Below the pieces are notes generated by a model that did no database searches, had not been told where the DNA came from, and was given only the letters and a program-made list of their open reading frames with translations. From a bacterium (GTDB lineage Bacteria > Bacteroidota > Ignavibacteria > Kapaibacteriales > UBA2268), in the NCBI GenBank assembly GCA_037127915.1, contig JBAXXL010000011.1, forward strand, positions 17,480 to 81,479: 64,000 bases of DNA, written 5' to 3'. Position numbers and translations under genes: made by a program. Positions 46,856 through 57,706 of this stretch are shown piece after piece (the first letter of the stretch is position 1; each line of letters opens with the position of its first letter).

Positions 46856-49800
46856 TTCTGTTTTACTAAAATATAAGTTTGGCTAAATCCTGCGCTTTTG
46901 AATTCCAAATAATAAGTGCCCTTGGCTAAAGATGATATGTTATATGATTTTTTATATATACCTGCATCTAATATTTCATCAGCTAATATTTTTACTAGTT
47001 TACCACTCAAATCAAATAATCTAATTATAGTTCTGGCTTTAAATCCTAAACCAAAATTCAATTCGATATCCCCGGTTGATGGATTAGGTACTGGAGAATT
47101 TATATAAAAATCAGTAAAACCAACAATAACATTCCTAAGGTCATTCATACATACTTCAGCTCTGCGAACTGTTATAAATAAATTGGTATCAATAAAGCAT
47201 GGATAATTTATCATAAAATCTACTGTACTTGGCTTACTATCTGTCAAGAGATAAAGGAATTTAAGTTTGATATTATATATATCATTTTTAGATAGACTGC
47301 CGGGATATTCGAAATCAATTCTACCTTCATCGGGGGTCGATTTAATATCCCAGAATTTGGATTTTAGATTATCACTACTCCCAAGCACCTGGTCTGCCCC
47401 TAAGTAATATAGCACTTCTTCGTTGTATGAAATCGTACTTTTAAAGCCTGCTATCGAATCTTTTTCAATATTGGGCGCATTAATCGTTATAGTCGGAGAA
47501 AACTCTTCACCAGGCGTTAACGTTACATCCATGATGTCTGATACCGCCTTGAACACTTCTCCATAATTCTGAATATCCAATTCTATAGTATTTTCTGAAG
47601 AAGTAGGAATACTTAAGTGCGCATTATGTTCACCTTTGTGCGTTGCAGTAAATTGAACAAGTACTGTTTCCGACGATTGAGCCGGAATTTTTAATTTCCC
47701 GGATTTATTCAAGCGATAAGCTTGAGCATCGGCACCTGTAATGTTTGCATTATCCAGATCCACGATTAAATCTATTGTATTCGATAAATTTCGGATTTCT
47801 AAAGGCAATAAAAGATTGTCACACAGTAATATATGCTGTTTATCATTTATAAATGATTCAAAAATTGCTTTTTCGCATACCATTTCTATAGTATTAATTT
47901 TCCATTCGTTTGGGTATTCTTTATCGTAATTATCGGCTTCCACCCAAATTTGTATAGTATGAGAACCTGATGGATTTGGTTTATAAAGGATAGGGAATCT
48001 TAAAGTATCCGATATGTCAATATCGAAATCAGGCAAGTGCGGGAAAGGCCAACTGAATTCTACGGTTGAATAACTAAAGTCGAATGAATGGATCCGAACT
48101 GGACTCGAAAATCCATCGTTAATCATTAATAAGAATGAAACACCGGTACTGTCGATTGGGGTATTATCTGCGCAAATTGTTTCTAACTTTAGAGAAGGCA
48201 AAAAGACTTCACCTTCAAGACTTGCAATCAAAGTATCTCCAAGAGATGAGGTTAGTTGCAATGCGGCACTATATTTATCTACTCCCGGTGGAAAGAAATT
48301 TACGGGAATAATTAATGTATCATTTCCTTTTGAATAACGTGGAAAAACTGAATCCGCAACTTGAAATATGGATTGAAACTTATTATCCAAAAAGTTCAGT
48401 GAAATCAATTCCAAACTATCGGAATCTTTATTAATTATCTCCAAATTTAAGGTTGGAAATACTGATTTATATAATAGTCTGCCAAAGTCTAAATTGTTTA
48501 TATGTAACCCCTCCCGAATACCTTTACCCATAAGTTTGGTTTTTACTAACCTGCATCCTTCGATAGGGAAATTAATATATGCTGATTTATTACCAATCGT
48601 CTTAGGAGTAAAGCCCAATTTTAATGCATAAGATTGATATGGAGGAATTGTGATTTTTTCTCCCTGATAAACTCCAATTATTACAAAATCTTTTTTGTTT
48701 GAGCCACTTAGATAAGGACTAAAAACAATAGCTTTGTTCATTGGATTAAATAATATTATATCAACAAGACTATCTTTCTCGGAATCGATAAAAACATTCC
48801 CAAAATCAACTTCTTCTTTTGTGATAGCACTACACAAACCATAGCAAGCTAAATCAAGGTCTAATGGTTTTCCACAATCAGTAGTTATTGTCAACCTTGC
48901 AGGCCTAGGACCGAAATCTTGTGGAGAAAAAGTAACAACAAGGGATGCTTTTCCACTAGGTTCAACAGACAATCCAGTGAAATCTTCTATTGAATATTCG
49001 GAAGCACAAGGACCGGTTATTGTCCATTCGATAACATTAACAGGAAAATGGTAATTATTCTCAATAATATCACTATACGGTGTAACCTGATAGGAACCAA
49101 CAATTACAGAATCTTTACTAATCGCTGGTATAGCACTGGTCAATTGTGGAATTTCTATATAAAAGTTATCGGTAGAATCCTGCAAAGTAATTTGGGAACC
49201 TAAATCTACATGAGCAACAATTTTAACGAAGTAATTGCCTTCGGGTAAAGTTTGTTTCCAGAAATATTCATCACCGGTTATATTTTTTGCAATAATTTGC
49301 CACCCGCTACTGTTATCTTTATAATATAAATCTTTTAACGCATCGTTTGCCACACCTACCCATTTGATTTGAACACCATTGCAAACAGAAAAAATGTCAT
49401 TTTGGGCAGGATAAGTAATTGTGATATTTCCCAAACCCCCAAATAATTTTATTACTTTGTCGCATGGTCTACCTTCAATTACTAAATCAGAAGTTCTGGC
49501 AGATTGGTCGATTTTTTGAGTAAATCTGACCTTTATTATATGACTTTGATTCGCTCCGACGGTAATTCCGCCAGTCGGTATTGAAGTTAAACCGCCGCCA
49601 TAGTCTATTATATTGAAATAATTCGGATTTGATGGATAGATTTTATTAATTAAAACATCATAAGGTGTTGGTGTCAGCGCTATATCAAGATCGTTTGATT
49701 GGTCAGGTACGGGATTTCCAAAATAATAGTAGCTTTTATCGGTATTCAAATGAAATATAGCACTTTCAGGCGGGCTGTAACTTGTATTAAATAAATTACC

Positions 49801-50673
49801 TATTGGTTTGTATTTTAGTCTTACTTGTGTTACATCAGATGAACCTTCACAAGGGATTTGACTTTGCCATATAACATTGCAAAATGGATAGCCTGTAAGC
49901 TTTTTGGCTAATAGATCATAAATTTCAGTTAGTGCACCTGTCTTGTCTACTTGGTAATACTCGTTGGAAATAGATTGCAAAGGACCATTGTTATTACTTA
50001 AAAAAGATATTGAGTAAAGTTTGATATTATTCGCGGCTAATGCACTTGCAACTTCCCAGCTTCTGAATACACCTTGTAGCTCTTCGTCATGATTACCATC
50101 AGTTAAAAAGATAATACATCTATTGATATTGGGTTGTTTGGATAATAGACTAATCGCTCCCTGATTAGGATCTAAAAATGCACTATTGAAATTGGTTGAA
50201 GACGGTATTGTACCCATAACCGAAAGTTTATTATAGAGCTTATTTTTGTCGTTTGTGAAATTACAATATAGATTGGGTATTGCACCGAAACCTAATATTC
50301 CAACAGCACTGAAATCATTTAATTGAACTTTACTGATAAATGTCATAGCACTCTGTTTTACAATATCTATCTTTGATTTTCCGTTAACTAATTGAGACAT
50401 TGAAGTACTCTGGTCTATTAATAATAGTACTTGCACCGGTGCTAGCGACTCATCACAGCTTATAGTAACTAAAGATTCAGGAATAATTTGGCCATTCTCA
50501 CTAACTTCAAAATCTGCCGGTGTGTAGAACTTGCCGGGATTGTCATTGAAAAATCCGCAACGTATCATAGGAAAATTTGTAATTGAGGGAGCGGTAAAAT
50601 TGAATTGTGAATAGCTATTTAAAGTTACTAACAATAACACCATTATTCCTAAAAAACCTTTTTTAAAGTTCAT
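46852..50673 (-). CDS. Giant secreted VWA protein 'A': VWA + GEKF-type module + ASH/choice-of-anchor-D repeats + cohesin-like module + T9SS CTD
   Basis: Signal peptide. MIDAS DQSTS (50401..50415), STN and FLTDG. DFG...N Ig repeats. Tail PNPSTGDIELNF...GTYYLEFKSAGFSQTYILVKQN. Confidence 0.8.
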   Translation of the reverse strand: MNFKKGFLGIMVLLLVTLNSYSQFNFTAPSITNFPMIRCGFFNDNPGKFYTPADFEVSENGQIIPESLVTISCDESLAPVQVLLLIDQSTSMSQLVNGKSKIDIVKQSAMTFISKVQLNDFSAVGILGFGAIPNLYCNFTNDKNKLYNKLSVMGTIPSSTNFNSAFLDPNQGAISLLSKQPNINRCIIFLTDGNHDEELQGVFRSWEVASALAANNIKLYSISFLSNNNGPLQSISNEYYQVDKTGALTEIYDLLAKKLTGYPFCNVIWQSQIPCEGSSDVTQVRLKYKPIGNLFNTSYSPPESAIFHLNTDKSYYYFGNPVPDQSNDLDIALTPTPYDVLINKIYPSNPNYFNIIDYGGGLTSIPTGGITVGANQSHIIKVRFTQKIDQSARTSDLVIEGRPCDKVIKLFGGLGNITITYPAQNDIFSVCNGVQIKWVGVANDALKDLYYKDNSSGWQIIAKNITGDEYFWKQTLPEGNYFVKIVAHVDLGSQITLQDSTDNFYIEIPQLTSAIPAISKDSVIVGSYQVTPYSDIIENNYHFPVNVIEWTITGPCASEYSIEDFTGLSVEPSGKASLVVTFSPQDFGPRPARLTITTDCGKPLDLDLACYGLCSAITKEEVDFGNVFIDSEKDSLVDIILFNPMNKAIVFSPYLSGSNKKDFVIIGVYQGEKITIPPYQSYALKLGFTPKTIGNKSAYINFPIEGCRLVKTKLMGKGIREGLHINNLDFGRLLYKSVFPTLNLEIINKDSDSLELISLNFLDNKFQSIFQVADSVFPRYSKGNDTLIIPVNFFPPGVDKYSAALQLTSSLGDTLIASLEGEVFLPSLKLETICADNTPIDSTGVSFLLMINDGFSSPVRIHSFDFSYSTVEFSWPFPHLPDFDIDISDTLRFPILYKPNPSGSHTIQIWVEADNYDKEYPNEWKINTIEMVCEKAIFESFINDKQHILLCDNLLLPLEIRNLSNTIDLIVDLDNANITGADAQAYRLNKSGKLKIPAQSSETVLVQFTATHKGEHNAHLSIPTSSENTIELDIQNYGEVFKAVSDIMDVTLTPGEEFSPTITINAPNIEKDSIAGFKSTISYNEEVLYYLGADQVLGSSDNLKSKFWDIKSTPDEGRIDFEYPGSLSKNDIYNIKLKFLYLLTDSKPSTVDFMINYPCFIDTNLFITVRRAEVCMNDLRNVIVGFTDFYINSPVPNPSTGDIELNFGLGFKARTIIRLFDLSGKLVKILADEILDAGIYKKSYNISSLAKGTYYLEFKSAGFSQTYILVKQN

Positions 50674-53600
50674 CTAAGGCTCCAAAACAAAGCGTTTGGA
50701 AGATTGGAAATTTCCGGCTGTATATTTTAAAATATAACTACCACGGCTTAAAACTTTCAGATCAAATGTCTCTTGATAATTACCTTCTTTATAAACTTTG
50801 CTTAATAATGTTTTTACCAATTTACCTTCAATACTATATACGGCTAATGAAATTGATGATTCTTTTTCTGTTCCGAAGCCCACACGAATCTCGCCCTTTG
50901 TCGGATTAGGATATGGTCCATTAAGATAATTTGCTAATTGCATAATTTTCACAACATATCCTTCCTCGAAGCAATAATCACCCTTTTTAAAAAATGAAAC
51001 TATTTTGTCGTCATTTTTACAGAGATAATCAATGTTCATAATGATTGATGTTGTATCATAATTAGCGAGGAGTCCTAGGAAATTGTAGCTAAATAAGTCA
51101 TACTTTTTATTAGTTAATAGATGACTTTTGAACCAATAATTTACCTGACCATCTTGATAAAAAATGGAATCCAATACCAAATATTCCGGCTTTGTGATAT
51201 CCGATGTAACCAATTGATTATAAGAAACCGGATTAATATGCAAAACATCACTGTTCCATAAAATACTCATTTTTAACGAATCGATATACTCTTTTTTGAT
51301 TGTAGGTATGTCAATAGAAAAAATAACATTATACCATTCGCTCGGAATAAATGTCTTATCCACAGGTGTGGCAGATTGAACAATCATCTTACCTTCAGCT
51401 TGTAGTTCAATATCCAAAGGTAAATTCGCTGAATTTGGAATGCTTAGATGAGCAGTGTGTAATCCATCGTGTTTTGCGTCGAAACGAACTGTTAGTTTTT
51501 TGGTTTCGCCACCGGCAAGAGTTAATGTATCTGTACCGATTAATGTAAAAGCATCGCTGTCGGGTCCGGTTATAATAACTTCATCTAAATAGAAGTCTAA
51601 ATCAAGGGCATAAGATAAATTCGATATACTGAATTCTGATTGTTCATTGTCGCATAATAACAAATCAGCGAAAACCGGTTGTGTATAATCAAAAGTCATT
51701 GCATCACAAATTACGTCTAAGTCATTAATAAACCAATTTTGCTTATAAGTTCCATCATAATTATCCGCTAAAATCTCAATGATGCACCGGTGCTTACCAC
51801 CCACTTGAGGATGATAATCCAATTCTAATAATAAAGAATCTTGAATTGGTATAGATAAACTGGAAGGGTTACCGCCAATCCAATCGAACTCATCAGGATT
51901 ATTAGTTATACTACAAACACCAATTTTCAATTTTTCTGTAATGGAGGGATTGTATAACCATATTGTAGCAATGCCCGATTCGCCAACATTTAGCGTAGAT
52001 GGACAAGCCGATTTCATAATTAGTTCAGGTAAATAGTTCATCCCTTGGAACCTGCTATGTAATGTATCACCATCGGTTGTTATAACCAACACCTCTGTAT
52101 CAAAAGTATCAATGGTTGCCGGATCGAAAACTACTTGAAGCGGTTTATCTTCGAAAGGGTCGATATTTAATGGTAAATTTAAATTAAGTATTTTAAATTC
52201 ACCATTATTCTTGATAATATTAATTTCGTTTATATTTTTAAAAAATTTATCTTTATTGCTTATTATCAAATTCAAAATATTGAAAGTTGACTTATATCTT
52301 TTCCTACCAAAATCCAATGTATTTACGGATATACCTTTATACTCACCAAAGCCGGTTAGTGCTGTGGTTTTATTTGAGCATCCTTCTACACCGAAGTTTA
52401 ATGTTGCTGTTTTATACCCATAGGAAGTTGGTTTGAATTTTATTTCAATGTCGAATGATGAAAAAGGCCCTATTGGGATTTTTTCCGTACCGGATAGCCC
52501 AACCATTTCAAATTGATTTTTGTTTAACCCACTTAAATATGGTGTTATTGTTACCGTTTTATTCATTGGATTATGAAACACTTGAATTATCGTCGAATCC
52601 CTAACTGCGTCAATAAGTTTACTTCCAAAGTTAATTGAATCCAAAGCTTCTGTATTACAAGTCCCCCACCCAATAATATCAATCGCTAACGAATCACCAC
52701 ATTCCGGTACAAGAATCAATGAAGCATTCCTCTGACCGTCCAAAGTTGGAGCAAAAGCTATTTCAATGTCTGAAGTATCATTTGGAGCTATAGTTACTTT
52801 TTCAATGGATACAACCGAAAACTCATCTTTGGCTTTACCAATGAAGTGCCAACTTACGATTTTTACAGGTTCTGTTTTTCTATTTGTGATTATATCAGCA
52901 AATGTTTTATTCGAATTCGAACCGATAAGAACTAAGTCATGAACCATTGGAGAATACAGGGAGGTGATTTCCGGTTTAATTATCGGGAAATATTCCGAAA
53001 TATCGGAAACTGTTTCTTCGCTATCGAAAAATGGATATGCTACCACCATGATTTGGCATTTACCATCTCTATGAGGTGGAGTCCAAGTATAAGTAAAACC
53101 TGTAAGACTATCTGCTATCAATGTCCACGGTTCGTTATCAAAACGATAATATAATTCCTTCATCGCGGCATCTGTAGTACCAGACCACTCGATATCTATT
53201 GAGTCGCAGGATGTAAAAATATCACTTGCGACCGGTTTTTCTAAAATTATCTTAATATCCCCACCGTATAAAGGAATTTGAGCATTGCATGGGTAAGCTA
53301 TTATATTTAATAAACTCTTGCGTGGAAGATATGCAATCTTTTGGGTAAACCTTACTTTTATTGTAAGCCATTTGTTTGCCGGTAAGAAAACATCGCCGCT
53401 AGGTTTTATTCCTGTTCCATCACCCCAATCAATAATATTAAAATAATTATTATCGGTTAAGAATATATTATAAATAGTCATATCAAAGGGCTTAGGTGAT
53501 ATTTTTATATCCATTTCTACGGGTTGGTCAGGAGGCGGATTACCGAAAATATAACTTGGCTTATCTTGAATAACATTAAAAACACTCCACTCAGGTGCGG

Positions 53601-54525
53601 TATATGTATGTCTTGCTGATTGATTTAAAGGACGATAGGTTATTTTAACATTTGTAACGCGCGGTTCCTTATCGCAATATAAATCCGACAACCATCGCAG
53701 GATACAGTTGTATTTTTTTGTCAGCAATTGTGCTAATTCTCTATATAATGCCGGTAATGTATTTGGAGAACGTCCCCAATAAATAATTCCTTTCGTTTCT
53801 TCAGCTATATAACGGAGATAACTTATCGATTGGTCAAATTCTTCAGAAATAATTATGGCATATAATTTTATATTTAAGTTTTTTAATTGATTACTAACTG
53901 ATACCTGGTCGAATGAATGGTTTCCGGAGCTATGCTTTCCATCACTAAGAAAAATTATAGTTCTATTGAAATTTGGCTGTTTTTCTAACCGAGGTGCCGC
54001 ACCCCAAGGTGTTTCTAAAAATGCTACATTGAAATCAGTTTGTGAAGCAACATTACTAATTTTATTTACCGCCGCTAATAATTTGGCTTTATCATAAGTA
54101 AAATCACAAATATTATCGGCTTTTGAACAAAATGTCGAGATGCCAATAGTGCTAAACGGCGATAATTCGATGTTGTCAATAAATTCTATGAGGCTTTTTT
54201 TAACCCACTCTATTTTTGTCCTACCATCAACTATTTCTCCCATGGATGTGCTTATATCGACAACTAAAAGAACTTGAACCGGAGCTTGAGTTTCAGTACA
54301 TTCCAATTTTACTAATTGCGGAATAATTTTAACACCGTTTTCTTCTACTGTAAAATCACTTTCTGAATAGCTGGTATATAACGTACCATCGTCATGACGA
54401 ACATAAAAAGGCATTTCAATATAAGGGAATTTAGAAGGGGAAGGTGTTTGAGTAATAAATGAATCAGAATACAGTTGAACTGTAAAAAGTAATGTTAATA
54501 AAATATATGCTAAAAATCTGCTCAT
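50674..54525 (-). CDS. Giant secreted VWA protein 'B', tandem paralog of A
   Basis: Signal peptide. MIDAS DISTS (54244..54258). Blocks shared with A include APVQVLL, NYFNIID, IKVRFTQKI, FNPMNK/HNPMNK, PYLSG.NK, LDFGR and PNP..G.I. CTD tail ...GSYILKYTAGNFQSSKRFVLEP. Confidence 0.8.
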   Translation of the reverse strand: MSRFLAYILLTLLFTVQLYSDSFITQTPSPSKFPYIEMPFYVRHDDGTLYTSYSESDFTVEENGVKIIPQLVKLECTETQAPVQVLLVVDISTSMGEIVDGRTKIEWVKKSLIEFIDNIELSPFSTIGISTFCSKADNICDFTYDKAKLLAAVNKISNVASQTDFNVAFLETPWGAAPRLEKQPNFNRTIIFLSDGKHSSGNHSFDQVSVSNQLKNLNIKLYAIIISEEFDQSISYLRYIAEETKGIIYWGRSPNTLPALYRELAQLLTKKYNCILRWLSDLYCDKEPRVTNVKITYRPLNQSARHTYTAPEWSVFNVIQDKPSYIFGNPPPDQPVEMDIKISPKPFDMTIYNIFLTDNNYFNIIDWGDGTGIKPSGDVFLPANKWLTIKVRFTQKIAYLPRKSLLNIIAYPCNAQIPLYGGDIKIILEKPVASDIFTSCDSIDIEWSGTTDAAMKELYYRFDNEPWTLIADSLTGFTYTWTPPHRDGKCQIMVVAYPFFDSEETVSDISEYFPIIKPEITSLYSPMVHDLVLIGSNSNKTFADIITNRKTEPVKIVSWHFIGKAKDEFSVVSIEKVTIAPNDTSDIEIAFAPTLDGQRNASLILVPECGDSLAIDIIGWGTCNTEALDSINFGSKLIDAVRDSTIIQVFHNPMNKTVTITPYLSGLNKNQFEMVGLSGTEKIPIGPFSSFDIEIKFKPTSYGYKTATLNFGVEGCSNKTTALTGFGEYKGISVNTLDFGRKRYKSTFNILNLIISNKDKFFKNINEINIIKNNGEFKILNLNLPLNIDPFEDKPLQVVFDPATIDTFDTEVLVITTDGDTLHSRFQGMNYLPELIMKSACPSTLNVGESGIATIWLYNPSITEKLKIGVCSITNNPDEFDWIGGNPSSLSIPIQDSLLLELDYHPQVGGKHRCIIEILADNYDGTYKQNWFINDLDVICDAMTFDYTQPVFADLLLCDNEQSEFSISNLSYALDLDFYLDEVIITGPDSDAFTLIGTDTLTLAGGETKKLTVRFDAKHDGLHTAHLSIPNSANLPLDIELQAEGKMIVQSATPVDKTFIPSEWYNVIFSIDIPTIKKEYIDSLKMSILWNSDVLHINPVSYNQLVTSDITKPEYLVLDSIFYQDGQVNYWFKSHLLTNKKYDLFSYNFLGLLANYDTTSIIMNIDYLCKNDDKIVSFFKKGDYCFEEGYVVKIMQLANYLNGPYPNPTKGEIRVGFGTEKESSISLAVYSIEGKLVKTLLSKVYKEGNYQETFDLKVLSRGSYILKYTAGNFQSSKRFVLEP

Positions 54526-54634
54526 TTATTCCTCGTTCATTAATAATTCTAACGTTTAGAATTAATTAATAGTTTAATTTCTTTGTTTTTTTAACTGTAT
54601 TTTATCCAAAATTTTATCCTTTTATACAGTTTCT

Positions 54635-54642
54635 CAAAAATA
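54635..54642 (-). promoter_or_regulatory. Candidate -7 box (TAttTTTG on the minus strand) for the B-A operon
   Basis: Plus strand reads caaaaata, about 110 nt upstream of the ATG of B. It sits between the der terminator and the inverted repeat 54593..54631. Confidence 0.3.
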
Positions 54643-54665
54643 CGAAAATTTTTATAATTATTAAT

Positions 54666-54692
54666 ATAAAAAAAGCGGCTAGTGCCGCTTAT
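54666..54692 (-). terminator. Rho-independent terminator of der
   Basis: aagcggc tagt gccgctt, followed on the minus strand by ttttttt. Confidence 0.75.
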
Positions 54693-54699
54693 TTTAAAA

Positions 54700-56022
54700 T
54701 TAATCTTCAAATCTGTCTTTATTCTTTTTCCTGAATATAAACGAGATTGGAGTACCCTCGAAATCAAAGTTTTCTCTGATTTGTCGTTCTACAAATCGTT
54801 TATAAGAATCGGGTAATAGCTCAGGAACATTACAGAAAAAGGCAAAAACCGGCGGTTCTATACCTGTTTGAGTTATATAGTTGATTCTTAAATCTCTACC
54901 TTGAATAGCCGGTGGTGGTGTTTTCTCCAATATTGGGCGCATCACTTCATTCAATCGGGATGTTTTTATTCTATCCGTTCTAACTTGTTTGATTTTCTTA
55001 GCCATATCGAGAACTTTCGGAATACGTTGTTTTGTGATCGCTGAAATAAAAAGCATCGGAACGTAATCAAACGTACGCATATCTTCTTTATATTTTTTAG
55101 TAATCTCTTCAGCGGTCTTCTGATCTTTTTCCATTATATCCCATTTGTTTACCGCAATAATTATACCTTTGCGTGCTTCACCGACCTGATTAATTATTTT
55201 TTTATCTTGGTCTTCCAATCCGCGTGTTGCATCAACTAAGACAACAGCCACATCACAACGTTCAATAGCGCGGGCGGTACGTATAATGCTATACATTTCA
55301 ACATTTTCTTTAATATGAGAACGGCGGCGCAAACCAGCTGTATCAATTAAAATAATCTCTTCGCCGTAGTATTTAATAATACTATCTATCGAATCGCGGG
55401 TTGTTCCTGGTATATCAGTTACAATCATTCTATCAACACCTAAGAAAGCATTAGTTAGACTTGATTTTCCGGAGTTTGGTCTGCCAACGAATGCTATTTT
55501 CAAGCGTTCATCCTCTTCTGTACCGTCATCTTCCCCTAAATAAGAAACTAATTCATCAAGAAAATCTCCGGTATTATGACCGTTTGCGGCGGAAATAGGA
55601 TATGGATCTCCCAATCCCATACGGTAAAAATCATAGGCATTAGAATCCAATATGTTAGTATCGCATTTATTTATGACTAAAACAACCGGTTTTCCGGAAC
55701 TTCTTAATTGAACCGCAATATCCATATCAAAAGTTGTAACACCATCTCTGCCGTCGCATACAAATATTATTGCATTTGCATCTTCGATCGCTATTTCTGC
55801 TTGTTCACGAATTGCTCGTTCCATCTGGTCTTCGCTACCGGGTATAAATCCGCCTGTGTCAATAATGGTAAAATATTTACCGTTCCAATCTGAAGTTCCG
55901 TAAATCCTATCGCGTGTTATACCGGGTGTGTCTAAAACGATAGCACTTTGAAGACCGGTTAATCGATTGAATAACGTAGATTTTCCGACATTCGGTCTTC
56001 CTACTATAGCAACTAAATTCAT
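54700..56022 (-). CDS. der: Ribosome-associated GTPase Der (EngA)
   Basis: Two tandem G domains (GRPNVGKST, GRPNSGKSS; DTGG, DTAG; NKCD, NKWD) plus a KH-like tail. Confidence 0.9.
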   Translation of the reverse strand: MNLVAIVGRPNVGKSTLFNRLTGLQSAIVLDTPGITRDRIYGTSDWNGKYFTIIDTGGFIPGSEDQMERAIREQAEIAIEDANAIIFVCDGRDGVTTFDMDIAVQLRSSGKPVVLVINKCDTNILDSNAYDFYRMGLGDPYPISAANGHNTGDFLDELVSYLGEDDGTEEDERLKIAFVGRPNSGKSSLTNAFLGVDRMIVTDIPGTTRDSIDSIIKYYGEEIILIDTAGLRRRSHIKENVEMYSIIRTARAIERCDVAVVLVDATRGLEDQDKKIINQVGEARKGIIIAVNKWDIMEKDQKTAEEITKKYKEDMRTFDYVPMLFISAITKQRIPKVLDMAKKIKQVRTDRIKTSRLNEVMRPILEKTPPPAIQGRDLRINYITQTGIEPPVFAFFCNVPELLPDSYKRFVERQIRENFDFEGTPISFIFRKKNKDRFED

Positions 56023-56037
56023 TATATATCCTTTTTA

Positions 56038-57678
56038 TTACATCTTATTTGGGGCTTTGATACCTAGTATCGCCAAGCCATTTTTCAAAACTGTTTTTAC
56101 TGCAAAAGTCAGTAAAATTCTTGCTTTCATTATACTCTCTTCCTGACCCAAAACCCTGCATTCATGGTAAAATATATGAAATGCCGCCGCGGCGTCTCTC
56201 AAATATTCTGCTACTATTTGTGGTTCACGCTTTTCACAAGCCAAAAGCACTATATCAGGAAAGCGAATCAATGTTTTTATCATATTTATTTCTTCATCTG
56301 CGACAAGTACAGTCAAATCGCTTTTCAGTATAGTATTAATATCAATTTCCGATTTTTCTATTACACTCCAGCATCTTGCATGAGCGTATTGAAGATAAAA
56401 TACCGGATTTTTGTCACTTTGCTGGCGGGCAACATCCAAATCAAATTCTAAATGAGTCGATATTTGTCTCATTAATAAGAAGAACCGAACAACGTCCTCT
56501 CCTACCTCATCCAATAAATCATCTAATGTATAGCTTTTGCCGGTACGTTTGGACATTTTTACCTGCTGGCCATTTTCGGTTAGAGTAACAAATTGATGAA
56601 TCAGCACATTAATCCGTTCTGTATCGTAATCTAATGCTTTTAGAGTGGCTATAACATCGGGCACAGTTGCTATATGGTCAGCGCCGAACACATCAACTAT
56701 TTCATCAAAACCGCGTTCGAATTTTTCTTTATGGTAGGCTATATCGGGCAAACGATATGTTGCTTCACCGGTTGATTTCACAATTACTCTATCGGATTCC
56801 AAACCTAATTGACTTAATTTTAGCCATTTTGCTCCTTCTGATTCGTAAACTAAATCCATTTTTTCCAGTTCTTTTATCAAATTGTCAATTTTACCATCTG
56901 AATACAATGTATCTTCATTATAAAAGTAATCTTGTTTGATGTGTAATCTTTCAAGTGTCTTTGTGATTTTCTCAAAACACCATTTTTCACCGAATTTGCG
57001 ACAGCGCAGTAAATCCTCTTCGTTACCTTTTTTTAGTTTATCAGCTTCTTCTTTAAACAATTCATCAGCAATTTCTATAATATACAAACCGTGATATCCA
57101 TCTTCGGGGAATGTATAATCTGTATTTATATATTTTTGCATATACCTTGCATAAATAGATTTTGCCAAATTATTCATTTGGTTGCCGGCATTATTAAAAT
57201 AATATTCTCTTGTTACATCGGCACCGAGCCAGCTGTATAAATTTGCTACGGTATCACCAATACACGCATTACGGCCATGACCCAAATGAAGTAATCCGGT
57301 TGGGTTGACACTGACGTACTCTACATTAACTTTTTTACCTATATATTTATCCGATCTTCCAAAGTTATCTGCATCCTCTAATATTGTTTCCAAATTTTGG
57401 GCAAAAACTGATTTTGCTAATTTTATATTAATAAATCCGGGACCCGCTATTTCCAATTTTTCGATATACTGTGAGTCATACTCTATAACAGCTAATATTT
57501 CTTCAGCAATTTTTCGTGGAGCTTTTTGCATTGCTTTCGCTAAATTCATCGCTCCGGTAAAAGCATAATCACCGTGTTCAGGATTCTTTGAATTCTCAAA
57601 TGCAATTTTAATTTCAATCGGTGCGTTAATTTTCTTTAGCGCACTTTCGAATATTTCAGTTAAATACTTTTTTATCAT
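56038..57678 (-). CDS. argS: Arginine--tRNA ligase
   Basis: Class I signatures NPTGLLHLGHGRN and KMSKRTG, with a DALR anticodon-binding C-terminus. 546 aa. Confidence 0.9.
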   Translation of the reverse strand: MIKKYLTEIFESALKKINAPIEIKIAFENSKNPEHGDYAFTGAMNLAKAMQKAPRKIAEEILAVIEYDSQYIEKLEIAGPGFINIKLAKSVFAQNLETILEDADNFGRSDKYIGKKVNVEYVSVNPTGLLHLGHGRNACIGDTVANLYSWLGADVTREYYFNNAGNQMNNLAKSIYARYMQKYINTDYTFPEDGYHGLYIIEIADELFKEEADKLKKGNEEDLLRCRKFGEKWCFEKITKTLERLHIKQDYFYNEDTLYSDGKIDNLIKELEKMDLVYESEGAKWLKLSQLGLESDRVIVKSTGEATYRLPDIAYHKEKFERGFDEIVDVFGADHIATVPDVIATLKALDYDTERINVLIHQFVTLTENGQQVKMSKRTGKSYTLDDLLDEVGEDVVRFFLLMRQISTHLEFDLDVARQQSDKNPVFYLQYAHARCWSVIEKSEIDINTILKSDLTVLVADEEINMIKTLIRFPDIVLLACEKREPQIVAEYLRDAAAAFHIFYHECRVLGQEESIMKARILLTFAVKTVLKNGLAILGIKAPNKM

Positions 57679-57706
57679 ATCTCTATTATTTATTTATTAT
57701 TTTCAA

